Below are positions 10,851-21,265 of a stretch of 64,000 nucleotides of DNA, piece after piece. The translations under genes and the position numbers were made by a program. Every line of letters starts with the position of its first letter. Position 1 is the stretch's first letter. Under the pieces are notes generated by a model that was not told the origin of the DNA, ran no database searches, and was given only the letters and a program-made list of their open reading frames with translations. This stretch comes from Candidatus Poribacteria bacterium (lineage in GTDB: Bacteria; Poribacteria; WGA-4E; PCPOR2b), in the NCBI GenBank assembly GCA_965215015.1, contig OZ244042.1, positions 5,376,001 through 5,440,000 of the forward strand. Direction: 5' to 3'.

Positions 10851-11295
10851 TGAAGCGAGGGCGCAGATCGTGTAGGGTATGCACCGACCGCCATTTTTTA
10901 TATTTTTATATGATTAGAAGTTACGTACTTGAGTTTGTCGTAACGCAATTTAACCCGCGTCACGATAGACGCTAAATCGCCCGACAGGAGTCGGCATACG
11001 GCAAGAACCCCACCCAACCCTCAAATACCCATACGGTATCTCTTCCCCCTGCTTGCGGGGGGATTGAGGGGGGTAGGCTCAATGAGCTAGAATTGACGGA
11101 CAACCCACCGGGTGTTTGGGGAGGGCAAGAGCGCAAGTGAGGGGAGGCCATGCGGAGCGGGCCTACTCCTGTCAGATTCACCGCCGCCGCCCGATTCATC
11201 GGGTGTTGACCGGCGATGAATCGCCGAACGACAAGGCTTCGAGCGTTCAACTGCGTAAATCCTGTGCTTTTAATCACAACCTATTGAGGTATCCG

Positions 11296-13686
11296 ATGAA
11301 CGTTAAACAGATTCCAATCTTAAACGCCGATGCCGTTGAATTGTCACGCATCAGTCAGGACGGGTTACTTTCGCTGAATCTTGCCGAAATGCAGGCGATT
11401 CAAGCCTACTTTGCTAAGTTGGAGAGAAATCCCACCGATGTTGAACTTGAAACAATCGCTCAAACGTGGTCAGAGCATTGTGTCCACAAAACATTTAAGA
11501 GCATGATTGAGTATGTCGAAAAAGGGCAAGAGACGGAGATGATTGATGGACTGTTCAGAACGTTCATCCAACGGGCGACGCAGGAGATTGGAGCGGATTG
11601 GTGTGTCTCTGTTTTCACCGATAACGCAGGCATCATTGAGTTTGACGATAATCATAATATCGTTTTCAAGGTCGAAACCCACAATCACCCATCCGCGATA
11701 GAACCTTATGGCGGCGCAGGCACGGGGATCGGTGGGGTGATTCGGGACTCACTCGGTACGGGGCTTGGCGCAAAGCCTATTCTGAACACGGACGTTTTCT
11801 GCTTCGGGCTTCCTGATCTTAGCTATGACCAACTGCCCAAAGGTACGCTTCATCCGAAACGGATTTTCAAGGGCGTTGTCGCGGGGGTGCGGGACTACGG
11901 CAATCGTATGGGGATTCCGACAGCGAACGGTGCTATCCTGTTTGACCCACGCTATACGGGGAACCCGCTCGTCTATTGTGGCAACGTCGGTCTAATCCCT
12001 AAAGATCGGTGCGATAAAACGGTGGAGCCCGGCGATCTGATCATCGGTATCGGTGGACGCACTGGACGCGATGGCATTCACGGAGCGACGTTCTCCTCTC
12101 TGGAGTTGGACGATACGTCCGAAAGCCTTGGGAGCGTCGTGCAGATTGGCAATCCGATTATGGAGAAAAAAATTGTCGATGCCCTGATGCGAGCCCGGGA
12201 TCGCCAGCTCTATCGCAATATCACAGATTGCGGTGCGGGTGGATTTTCCTCTGCTGTCGGTGAGATGGGGGCGGAAACGGGTGCGGAGGTGCATCTGGAA
12301 AACATACCGCTCAAATACAAAGCTCTTGAGCCGTGGGAGATTTGGCTTTCGGAAGCACAGGAACGGATGGTTATCGCTGCACCGCCTGAGAATATGGAGG
12401 AATTGAGGGCGATCTGTGAAGCGGAATCGGTTGAAGCCACCGTACTCGGTACATTCACCGATACCCACCGGCTGCGCGTGTTCTACCGGGGAAAGGTTGT
12501 AGCCGATCTCGATATGGATTTCCTCCACAACGGCTTGCCTCGTCAGACAAAAAAGGCAGTTTGGGATCCGCCACGATACCCTGAGCCCCCTAGAATCGGG
12601 GTTGATCCTGCACAACTCACCGAGGACCTCTACCGTATCCTCGCGAGTCCTAACGTTGCAAGCAAGGAGTGGGTTATCCGACAATACGACCATGAGGTTC
12701 AGGGCGGGTTGGTTCTCAAGCCGCTCGTTGGGCGCGAAAATGATGGTCCTGGGGACGCTTGCATAACTACACCTGTCCTTGGCTCTCGAAAGGGGGTCAT
12801 TGTGGCAAACGGCATCAATCCGAAATATGGGGACATCGATCCGTATCATAGCGCAGCTGCAGCGATTGATGAGGCGTTGCGGAACATCATTGCTGTGGGT
12901 GGGAATTTAGAACGGACAGCACTGCTTGACAACTTCAGTTGGGGCAATCCCGACAAACAGGACCGTCTTGGCGGTCTGGTGCGCGCAGCGAGGGCGTGTT
13001 ACGACATCGCCGTAGCCTACGGTACACCCTTTATCTCTGGCAAGGATAGCCTCTACAACGAATACCGCGATACCACCACCGGCGAACAACTTGCGATTCC
13101 GCCGACCCTGCTCATCTCTGCAATCTGTGTCATGCCAGATGTGAGTCAGGCGGTCTCGATGGATGTGAAATCACCCGGCAACCGAATCTATGTTATCGGT
13201 AAGACCTACGCTGAACTCGGTGGATCGCACTACTACGCGATTCATGGCTTCATCGGAAACAGTGCCCCGAAGGTGCGACCCACTGAAGGGAAGCGGACGA
13301 TGGCAGCGTTGAGTCTCGCGATTAATCGGGGGTTGGTACGTTCCTGTCATGACTGCTCCGAGGGTGGGATTGGTGTAGCTGCGGCGGAAATGGCGTTTGC
13401 CGGTGGGCTCGGTATGCACCTCTCGCTCATGAACCTACCCCGCGATGCCGATGTGACAACGGACAGCATGTCCCTTTTTTCAGAGTCTAATAGTCGATTC
13501 GTTGTGGAAATTGTGCCGGAGAAACAGGGAGCGTTTGAGAGGTACATGACGGGTATCCCGATCGGTCATATCGGCACGGTGCTTGAGAGCGCGGATTTCG
13601 TTGTCAACGGCACCGATGGGAACGAAATTGTGAAGACGACGACCGATCGGCTCAAGGAGAGTTGGCAGGAGATGTTTCGATGGTAA
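11296..13686 (+). CDS. purL: Phosphoribosylformylglycinamidine synthase subunit PurL
   Basis: 'QTWSEHC', 'ETHNHPSAIEPYGGA', 'DCGAGG', 'SEAQERM'; likely start MNVKQ at 11296. Confidence 0.95.
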   Translation: MNVKQIPILNADAVELSRISQDGLLSLNLAEMQAIQAYFAKLERNPTDVELETIAQTWSEHCVHKTFKSMIEYVEKGQETEMIDGLFRTFIQRATQEIGADWCVSVFTDNAGIIEFDDNHNIVFKVETHNHPSAIEPYGGAGTGIGGVIRDSLGTGLGAKPILNTDVFCFGLPDLSYDQLPKGTLHPKRIFKGVVAGVRDYGNRMGIPTANGAILFDPRYTGNPLVYCGNVGLIPKDRCDKTVEPGDLIIGIGGRTGRDGIHGATFSSLELDDTSESLGSVVQIGNPIMEKKIVDALMRARDRQLYRNITDCGAGGFSSAVGEMGAETGAEVHLENIPLKYKALEPWEIWLSEAQERMVIAAPPENMEELRAICEAESVEATVLGTFTDTHRLRVFYRGKVVADLDMDFLHNGLPRQTKKAVWDPPRYPEPPRIGVDPAQLTEDLYRILASPNVASKEWVIRQYDHEVQGGLVLKPLVGRENDGPGDACITTPVLGSRKGVIVANGINPKYGDIDPYHSAAAAIDEALRNIIAVGGNLERTALLDNFSWGNPDKQDRLGGLVRAARACYDIAVAYGTPFISGKDSLYNEYRDTTTGEQLAIPPTLLISAICVMPDVSQAVSMDVKSPGNRIYVIGKTYAELGGSHYYAIHGFIGNSAPKVRPTEGKRTMAALSLAINRGLVRSCHDCSEGGIGVAAAEMAFAGGLGMHLSLMNLPRDADVTTDSMSLFSESNSRFVVEIVPEKQGAFERYMTGIPIGHIGTVLESADFVVNGTDGNEIVKTTTDRLKESWQEMFRW

Positions 13687-13727
13687 AATCCCTTGGTTCA
13701 AAGTTTTTAGTATAGGAGACAATTGAG

Positions 13728-14507
13728 ATGAAACCGAAGGTCCTTATCCTTCGCACAGCAGGTACTAACTGCGATTATGAAACAGAGTACGCCTTTCAAC
13801 TTGTGGGCGGAGAGACATCCCTGATTCACGTCAACCAACTGATTGCCGGTGCGTTCGACCTCATGGATTATCAGATTATGGCGATTCCCGGCGGTTTCTC
13901 GTATGGTGATGACGTTGCCGCCGGCATCCTGTTGGCAAACGAGCTGAGATACAAGCTCTCCGCTTCGCTCACCGCTTATGTCGAATCAGGGCGGTTGATG
14001 ATCGGTATCTGCAATGGCTTTCAGGTACTTGTCCGCGCCGGTTTGCTGCCGCGCATTGATTCGCAGACTTCCCAACAAGCGACCCTTGCTATGAACACCT
14101 CCGCAAAGTTTGAGTGCCGTTGGATCCACTTGGAGACTCAAGAAAGCAATTGCATCTTCACACAAGGGTTGAAACCTCGCATTTATTTGCCAGTTGCCCA
14201 TGCAGAGGGACGGTTCATCGCACCGCAACCGATACTTGATCAGATTGAAACGAATGGACAGGTGGTGTTTCGCTACACTTCAACCAATGGCGGCGCGCCG
14301 GAATATCCTGATAATCCGAATGGCTCCGATCGCCATATCGCTGGCATCTGTGATTCCACTGGCAGGATTTTCGGCATGATGCCTCACCCGGAACGGTTCC
14401 TGACATACCTCAACCATCCCCGTTGGACGCGAGAGAATCTGCCGGAAGAAGGGGATGGTCTAGCAATTTTTCAAAATGCTGTCGATTATGTATCAGGATT
14501 GTCTTAA
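13728..14507 (+). CDS. purQ: FGAM synthase glutaminase subunit PurQ
   Basis: 'GTNCD', 'PGGFSYGD', 'GICNGFQ', 'MMPHPER'. Confidence 0.95.
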   Translation: MKPKVLILRTAGTNCDYETEYAFQLVGGETSLIHVNQLIAGAFDLMDYQIMAIPGGFSYGDDVAAGILLANELRYKLSASLTAYVESGRLMIGICNGFQVLVRAGLLPRIDSQTSQQATLAMNTSAKFECRWIHLETQESNCIFTQGLKPRIYLPVAHAEGRFIAPQPILDQIETNGQVVFRYTSTNGGAPEYPDNPNGSDRHIAGICDSTGRIFGMMPHPERFLTYLNHPRWTRENLPEEGDGLAIFQNAVDYVSGLS

Positions 14508-14758
14508 CCCAAGTTCTTACTAATGGGGAGCGTTACAAACCGGGAGAATATGGACTAAGTTGAGTCAATTCACTGCACCTGCACGAAGATGGCTTGGGTA
14601 TGTCTATCCAAACCGATCAGATTGATAGATAGGTCGCAATGTGGGACTTAAAAAACATGGCACCCCAATTTTCAATGGATAGCAACTTAGGTTATCTTAG
14701 TTCGTATCTCGATGATTCTTGAATCTTGATTAGAATGATTAGAAAGTGAGTTGAATGA

Positions 14759-15814
14759 ATGAACCTTCGCCCCTTTTTGCGAGATGATCTCGCGGATCTC
14801 ACGCCCTACCATGTTGCTCAACCGCCGCATCGAGTCAAGGCGGATGCAAATGAATCCCCCTTTGACCTGCCCCCGGAGATTCGACAGGAGTTGACCGAAG
14901 CTATCGCTCAGCTCAATTTTAACCGCTACCCGGACCCCAGTTCAGATCTACTGCGAACACAACTTTGCGAACAGTTGGGGGTTGATAAGGCAGAAATTGT
15001 CGTTGGCAATGGATCCGATGAGTTGATAGGCAATTTTATGTTGGCGTTCGGGCGGTCGGAAGCGTGTGTCTCCTTTCCAACCCCGACGTTTTCGATGTTT
15101 GGGATCTTGGCGCAGGTTGCACGGCTCAAAGCGGTTGGACTGCCACTTGATGACCGATTTGATCTGGACTCGGATGCATGGAATGCTCATCTCGATGCCC
15201 ACCCGATTAACCTTGTATCCCTATCATACCCGAACAATCCAACAGGCACCAATTTTTCTGCGGAGGCAATCCGCCAAATCCTTTCCCGCCCTGATACGCT
15301 CGTGCTCCTTGATGAGGCGTATTACGAATTTTCCGGGCAGTCCCTTATGGAGGAACGCGAGCAGTACCCCAATCTAGTTATCACGCGGACCTTCTCCAAG
15401 GCGTACGGACTTGCGGGTTTACGGGTCGGCTATGTCATTGCCCATCCAGCAATCATTGATCAGCTGAATAAGGTTCGCCTCCCGTATAATCTCAACCGTT
15501 TTTCACAGATTGCTGCAACGCTTTTGCTCAGACGTCCGGACCGATTGAATCAACATCTGCAACTGATTCGGAGTGAGAGGGAACGGGTTTTTAACGCGCT
15601 GAAAGCGATAGATGGCCTCCACCCCTTTCCAACAGATGCGAACTTCATCCTCTTTCAGACGGATCAGTCCTGCTATAAGGTGTTTCAACGTTTGCTCGAT
15701 CACGGTGTGCTTGTTCGTAATCTGGATCGTCCGGGCCCGTTACAAAACTGTTTGCGGATAACAATCGGGACCCCAGAAGATAATGATATATTTCTTGAGG
15801 GATTGCGGGGTTGA
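14759..15814 (+). CDS. hisC: Histidinol-phosphate aminotransferase
   Basis: 'NESP', 'RYPD', 'GNGSDE', 'PNNPTG', 'DEAY', 'RTFSKAYGLAGLRVGY'. Confidence 0.92.
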   Translation: MNLRPFLRDDLADLTPYHVAQPPHRVKADANESPFDLPPEIRQELTEAIAQLNFNRYPDPSSDLLRTQLCEQLGVDKAEIVVGNGSDELIGNFMLAFGRSEACVSFPTPTFSMFGILAQVARLKAVGLPLDDRFDLDSDAWNAHLDAHPINLVSLSYPNNPTGTNFSAEAIRQILSRPDTLVLLDEAYYEFSGQSLMEEREQYPNLVITRTFSKAYGLAGLRVGYVIAHPAIIDQLNKVRLPYNLNRFSQIAATLLLRRPDRLNQHLQLIRSERERVFNALKAIDGLHPFPTDANFILFQTDQSCYKVFQRLLDHGVLVRNLDRPGPLQNCLRITIGTPEDNDIFLEGLRG

Positions 15815-15850
15815 AGTTAGTGCACAGGAATACCGGACGGAAGCGGCGGT

Positions 15851-16387
15851 TTGGAGAGGAAGTGGGCAACTCGGATTATTGTATTTTACGTTTCACCTAT
15901 CCCAGAAAGAATTCCAGTGAATATTCCCTCCAGAAAAACAGAGAAGTCTGAACCTAACAAACTGCATCGCCGCTTGCTGCCGTTCTACATGAGGCCTGCC
16001 ATCTTGATAGTTTTTATAATCATTTCGTTGGTGGGACAGCTTACATGGACAACGGCTATGGCAATGTCTGAAAGCGTAGATGTGCGATGGTGCGGTGTTG
16101 GTTTTGCCCTTGGGATTGTTTTCGGTTACATTCAAGGCGGATGGATAGCGCGGATGTGGGCGCGCGATTATTTGCGCGTGCTGAAACGGGAGATCCCATT
16201 TTGGGAAGCGAAGGGGGCCACAGGGACAACCGTTTTCGTGATTCTTGCGCTAGGTATTCCGATTTTGGTCGGGCTCTCCTCAAAGCAGGCGCATGGGCTG
16301 TTGGTGGGGATTCAATCGTACATCTTCGGTTTTATTGGTGGGATGAATCTCGCGCTCTACTTATGGGTGCGGCGGTTGCCTAAGTGA
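15851..16387 (+). CDS. Hypothetical membrane protein (about 4 TM; start uncertain)
   Basis: Four hydrophobic stretches. Confidence 0.6.
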   Translation: MERKWATRIIVFYVSPIPERIPVNIPSRKTEKSEPNKLHRRLLPFYMRPAILIVFIIISLVGQLTWTTAMAMSESVDVRWCGVGFALGIVFGYIQGGWIARMWARDYLRVLKREIPFWEAKGATGTTVFVILALGIPILVGLSSKQAHGLLVGIQSYIFGFIGGMNLALYLWVRRLPK

Positions 16388-16533
16388 CGCAAATTAGTAC
16401 CGCAAATTAGTACCTAAGTTTATTGGTTCATTGAACTGACGCGCTCTATAGATATAGTGGTGCTCCTCTCTGATAAGATTGGAATTCAAAACTGGGGCGA
16501 TTTTGGAGGCCGGCACGCGGAGCGTGTTTAGTA

Positions 16534-17829
16534 CTATTTTATCCCGTAGACTTTTGCCGGATTGTCATGGAAGGCGGCTTGTGCGACAGCGAGTGCGACG
16601 GATTCTGAAACCAATCCCTCCTGTATCATTTCGGCAAGTGCAATCGCGAAATTTTGACGTGCTATCTTAAGATGTCCATAGACGGCTTCGACATGCTGGA
16701 GGTCATCGCCGAAAGCGATGATTTTGTTATAGGGCACCATTTGGAGCCACTCTCTCAAATCCAACCGCGAACCGATCGGCGAGATAATATGGATCCAGGA
16801 CATGTTGAGGTAAACATTGCTGAACGTCTTGCCGAGCACAGCACCTTCGCGCAAGTAGGGGTAACCGGCGTGAGAGAGATCGAAACGGGCCTCTCGGAAG
16901 GTCTGAAACAGCTCAGCGAGCGGCGCGGGAGTGCATCCTTCCATGCTTCCGTAGTTCCCTGCTCGTATGCCTTGATGAAACTGGATGGTCAAATCGGCGT
17001 CAGAGGCGGCACGACAGCACTCGAAAACGAGGTAGTCTTCCAAAAGCACGCCTTCTTCGGAATCTAGCCCGGCGTACTCTCCTCGCATCAATCCATCAAA
17101 GACCTTTGCAGCGTCCTCCTTCCGACGTGCCGTAAAGTCCATACGGCGATGGTAGGACTGAGACATTTTCACCCCTGCAACGGTTGCGCGCTTCCAATCC
17201 CGACACACCTGCCGAATGACTTCGACGTGTTGGGAGAGGTTTGTAATAGCAACGTCATAGTCCTTTTCAATGGCTTGAACTTGGGCGGCAGAACGAAGCA
17301 TACTGAAACGGTTCAAGCGTGGCAGTGGCAGGAATAGGGTTCGATCCACCTCGATGAGATCTTCCATATTGATCACCGTGAGTGCAATGTTAGATTGTCG
17401 CTGCAGTACGTCGTGGTAGAACCCCGGCTTGCTGTGCTCACGGAGGGCATCTGAAATAGGCGTGACCGTCTCGGTTGTCAAGTCCGGGAATCCAAGCAAA
17501 TCTCGGAACCCTTCAATGATGCACCGCGAATATCCGGTCAAACGGGTGAATCGGAAATACGGCTCAAAAATCTTCCAACGTTCCGAAAGTAGGAGTCCCG
17601 GTTCTAAGGCTTTCTTCATTTGGTTGTTGGTCATTCCTGCCGAGACCAAATCGGAGGCGGGGTAGGCATGTTTGAAGAAGGCAAGGGCGTCGGGTGCTTC
17701 TGCAATGCGGTCTATCTCAGGGCTGATGTGGGAATGGGAGTTAATACACGGAATTTTACAGATTTCGTCAAACAACTCTGTTGAGAGGGTATCCATTGAG
17801 GGTGCCTCCTTGAAGTCTGTTTGGTTCAT
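16534..17829 (-). CDS. Amidohydrolase-superfamily protein (uronate isomerase-like)
   Basis: 'NSHSH', 'QFHQG', 'LSHAGYP', 'AFGDD', 'DNPAKVY'. Confidence 0.75.
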   Translation of the reverse strand: MNQTDFKEAPSMDTLSTELFDEICKIPCINSHSHISPEIDRIAEAPDALAFFKHAYPASDLVSAGMTNNQMKKALEPGLLLSERWKIFEPYFRFTRLTGYSRCIIEGFRDLLGFPDLTTETVTPISDALREHSKPGFYHDVLQRQSNIALTVINMEDLIEVDRTLFLPLPRLNRFSMLRSAAQVQAIEKDYDVAITNLSQHVEVIRQVCRDWKRATVAGVKMSQSYHRRMDFTARRKEDAAKVFDGLMRGEYAGLDSEEGVLLEDYLVFECCRAASDADLTIQFHQGIRAGNYGSMEGCTPAPLAELFQTFREARFDLSHAGYPYLREGAVLGKTFSNVYLNMSWIHIISPIGSRLDLREWLQMVPYNKIIAFGDDLQHVEAVYGHLKIARQNFAIALAEMIQEGLVSESVALAVAQAAFHDNPAKVYGIK

Positions 17830-17942
17830 TGGTTGATTAGACTGATGAACCGTATACGTTTTCTATTTTGGCACAAAAACGTTGTAAATTCAACAAAAAC
17901 ATCTTTAGGTGTGGAATCCTCACGTTTTAGCCCCCGATTCCA

Positions 17943-18698
17943 GTGAATGGTCGACTTGCGCGTATGATTCACCCATATCTTTTGATATTTGCCATTCTGT
18001 TTGTTTCGACTTTTATACATTCGATCCTCGGTTTTGGTCAGGCATTGATCGCCATGCCTCTGTTGGCGATGGTTGTCGAATTGAAAACTGCTACCCCATT
18101 GGTTGCGTTTGTCCTGATGACGATTGCATCCGTTATTCTATTGAGGAATTGGTGCGTCGTAGATTTGAGCACTGTTTGGCGGTTAGTGCTATCGTCATGT
18201 GTTGGCATACCTGTGGGACTGTTTTTGTTAAAAGGTATTCCCGAAGACCTGATGAAAGTATTTCTGGGAATACTGGTGATCCTGTTTAGTCTTTACAATT
18301 TGGCAAACCGTCATCTGAAGATAATCAATCTGTGCCCGGTGAGTGGTGGATTCGGGATCGCTTATCTGTTTGGATTCTTTGCTGGTATTCTCGGTGCGGC
18401 TTACAACACGAGCGGGGTAATAATTACCATTTATGCGACACTTCGTGATTGGTCTCCGGATCGTTTCCGATCCACATTGCAAAGTTACTTTGTGTTTACC
18501 GGTCTTCTGATTTTGGCGAGCCATGGATTCGCTGGCTTATGGACGCCTTATGTGTTATGGTTATATGTGACTTCCTTGCCACTAACTTTGGCGGCGATAT
18601 TCCTCGGCGGCACATTAAACAGATTTATACCCCAGGGACAGTTTGATGGATATGTCAATGCGGGGTTGCTTATCATGGGTTTCTTACTATTCCGTTGA
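17943..18698 (+). CDS. Sulfite exporter TauE/SafE family membrane protein
   Basis: 'GFGQALIAMPLL', 'AGILGAAY..SG', multi-TM. Confidence 0.8.
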   Translation: MNGRLARMIHPYLLIFAILFVSTFIHSILGFGQALIAMPLLAMVVELKTATPLVAFVLMTIASVILLRNWCVVDLSTVWRLVLSSCVGIPVGLFLLKGIPEDLMKVFLGILVILFSLYNLANRHLKIINLCPVSGGFGIAYLFGFFAGILGAAYNTSGVIITIYATLRDWSPDRFRSTLQSYFVFTGLLILASHGFAGLWTPYVLWLYVTSLPLTLAAIFLGGTLNRFIPQGQFDGYVNAGLLIMGFLLFR

Positions 18699-19162
18699 TT
18701 GTATGTACCCGATATTGTTGGCCCAAGTTTTGACCGATACGGGACGGCTGCTAAATCGTTAACACCTCTTGTGCCTCTTGATGAACATGATATTTTTCCT
18801 TATAGCCATCGTTTCTCTCTGAAAACAGAAAAAGGGCTGCTTACTCAAACGCAGCCCTTTCGTTTCCGATCGAAACTTTTGGCAAAAAAGGTATATATTC
18901 ATATAAAGTAGGACTTACGCAGTTGAACGCTCAACACTAACACCAGAAAAGGTCGCACAATACGCTCTATAACTTGCATCTGACCCACGCAATGTTAGAG
19001 AAACGGTAAAAAAAACAGTCTATCGGAAACTATAGGGCGGGACAAGGCAAGGGCACCCCGTCGTGCAATACGTACCCCCTCTAATCAGGGGGGGCTGAGC
19101 CTTCAGGCCCATCACGTCCCCTATTCTCCCCCTGCTTGCGGGGGGATTGAGGGGGGTGCCGC

Positions 19163-19327
19163 TCAAACGGGGGTACCCTCAATTGAACGATTAAACACCT
19201 GAGCCTTGGACATAAACGCCTGAAACTTAATGTGCTTTTGGTAAACCCTATAGCCGACATAAGAGACAGAGAGCAATACAATAATACACCCCCCAACAAT
19301 ATAGGGGATGAAACGACGCTTAAACAT
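19163..19327 (-). pseudogene. Truncated N-terminus of a paralog of the protein at 55719-56907
   Basis: MFKRRFIPYIVGG...SYVGYRVYQ vs MSIRHFTPYLVVAG...SYVGYREYQ; strong RBS aggagg; ends at a dispersed repeat. Confidence 0.65.
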
Positions 19328-19404
19328 GGGATTACCTCCTTTTGAGCCAGTCTCCTCCAAGAACAAGGCATAATTGAACCGCGATAAGATTAGTCTTTCA
19401 ACGA

Positions 19405-20253
19405 TTACTCTCCATCCCGTGCACATCGAAAACCGATACGGAATCCTCGGTAGTCCGGTGGATACGAAGCGCGATAGGCACACTGCATCTGAAATCGAAG
19501 CCCGCCCCACGCGCCGCCTCGTAATACCTGAAATTCTCCTGTTTTAGGTCCTATCGGATTCTTCCGAGGGCTGCGCGAATAATAAGCCTTATCATACCGA
19601 TCCGCGACCCATTCGGAGACGTTCCCAGCGCAATCGTGTAACCCGTAGGGACTGACACCAGACGGGAAACTACCGACAGGAAGGGTTCTGTAACTATTAG
19701 CCATGCTATAACCGATACGAGAAAAGTCCATCTCATTGCCCCAAGGGTATTTCCTGCCATCTGTGCCCCGCGCAGCTTTCTCCCATTCCGCTTCCGTAGG
19801 TAGACGTTTCTTTGCCCACCGCGCATAGGCATCCGCCTCATACCAACTCACACCGATTACCGGTTGGTCCGGACCGTTATAACGATTGCGTTCAAACCCA
19901 AGCGGGCGGTCAATGCTTTTGCTTTGAATGAACTCCCATCCTGCTTTGGACCATAAGGCTTCCGTTTGGTATCCACCATCAAGAATGAACTCTTCATATT
20001 GATGGTTTGTTACCTCATACAGATCGATAAAGTACGCTTTCAAATCAATCAAATGGGCGGGAGATCTGTCTGTATTTGTCTCGTGACTTCCCATGAGAAA
20101 TTCTCCGGCGGGAATCAAAGCCATATTTGCGATGGGTTTCGCTCGACTCTCCTCAGGGGTTCGATCTGCGCTGCAACCGAGCGTTCCGATAAAGATAAGG
20201 GATACCGTTATTAAGAAACAATAACGTTTTTCATGTAATTTTCTGTTTATCAC
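19405..20253 (-). CDS. Formylglycine-generating enzyme (SUMF1)-domain lipoprotein
   Basis: 'IPAGEFLMGS', 'RLPTEAEWEKAARG', 'GNVSEW', 'IGFRCA'; lipobox LGC; GTG start after aggagg. Confidence 0.85.
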   Translation of the reverse strand: MINRKLHEKRYCFLITVSLIFIGTLGCSADRTPEESRAKPIANMALIPAGEFLMGSHETNTDRSPAHLIDLKAYFIDLYEVTNHQYEEFILDGGYQTEALWSKAGWEFIQSKSIDRPLGFERNRYNGPDQPVIGVSWYEADAYARWAKKRLPTEAEWEKAARGTDGRKYPWGNEMDFSRIGYSMANSYRTLPVGSFPSGVSPYGLHDCAGNVSEWVADRYDKAYYSRSPRKNPIGPKTGEFQVLRGGAWGGLRFQMQCAYRASYPPDYRGFRIGFRCARDGE

Positions 20254-20321
20254 AGCAGGTGTCCTCCTGAATTTACCATTCACGCTTGCAGGCTTATAGA
20301 GAAAAAAGCAGCAACCTATTA

Positions 20322-21265
20322 TCAAGGAGCTTTCTTGACTACACCATAGATTGGAATTGTAAGCTTGGGCTGATTCTTACTATTGGTCCGAACAGTAAGG
20401 GTATCGGTCAAATCTCCTTCTGGTGCCTCTGAGGCAATGGACAATAGTACTTCATAGCGATTTCCCACTTCCACCGTCTCAAGTTTTGCATCAATATATT
20501 TTGAATCCGTGTAAACGGCTGAGATTTCTAACTGTTCACCGCGAATCCTTGAAAATTGTACACGCTTTTTCGAGACCTGCGACGGTTTCACAAGCCCTAA
20601 AAATATCTGTTTGGGGGAAACTGCTACATCACCTAAAATTTCACCCGAAATCGGGACGGTTGACGCATATGGGCGACCTTCATAGACAAAATCAATCTGT
20701 AATCTTTCAAAAAAAGTGCCGACTGGCATCCCGGCTTCCACCGTTATCATCACCCGGACATTGCCATTGTTTGTCGGTGGCTCTGGCTTGGCAACAATAT
20801 ATGGGGAACTCGGTTTTATATCCACGATTTTCGCTTTGTGTTCTAAGGATTGCCGTAAGAGCAAATGTCTCCCTGCAAACGAATCTGGGGAAATTCTGCC
20901 GAGCAGTAAACTAGCGGGGATTGTCTCAAATGGTGTGATTATGGTCGCTTTTACTGTCAATTCCAAATACGGAATCTGCGGCTGATTGGTTGTGAGCTTC
21001 ACAATTTCATGGACACCTTCGGCCCTTGGTGGTGCCTTAAATGTTACCTTTATCCTGCCAATCCCTCCCGGCGGAATCTGGGTGTCAGATAGAAAGCCGG
21101 TAGTACAGTAGCAGCTACTTTCCACATTGGTAATTTCTAAGACATCTTCCCCACGATTCGTAAAAGTAAAAATATGTTCCACCTCCGTGCCGCCAAACAC
21201 TTGACCGAAATCGTGTATCGGTGCCTTTATTTCAATAGGAAGCTTCCCTTCCGTCGGGTTTGGCG
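20322..21265 (-). CDS. DUF1573-like Ig-fold protein, probably the frameshifted C-terminal part of the C39 protein
   Basis: 'HDFGQV...HIFTFTNRG..VLEITNVESSCYCT...IPPGG.G.I.V'; no convincing separate start. Confidence 0.75.

Noticed and set aside
11116-11295. N-terminal extension of PurL
   Set aside because: It runs through repeat sequence; the RBS and ATG at 11296 fit better.
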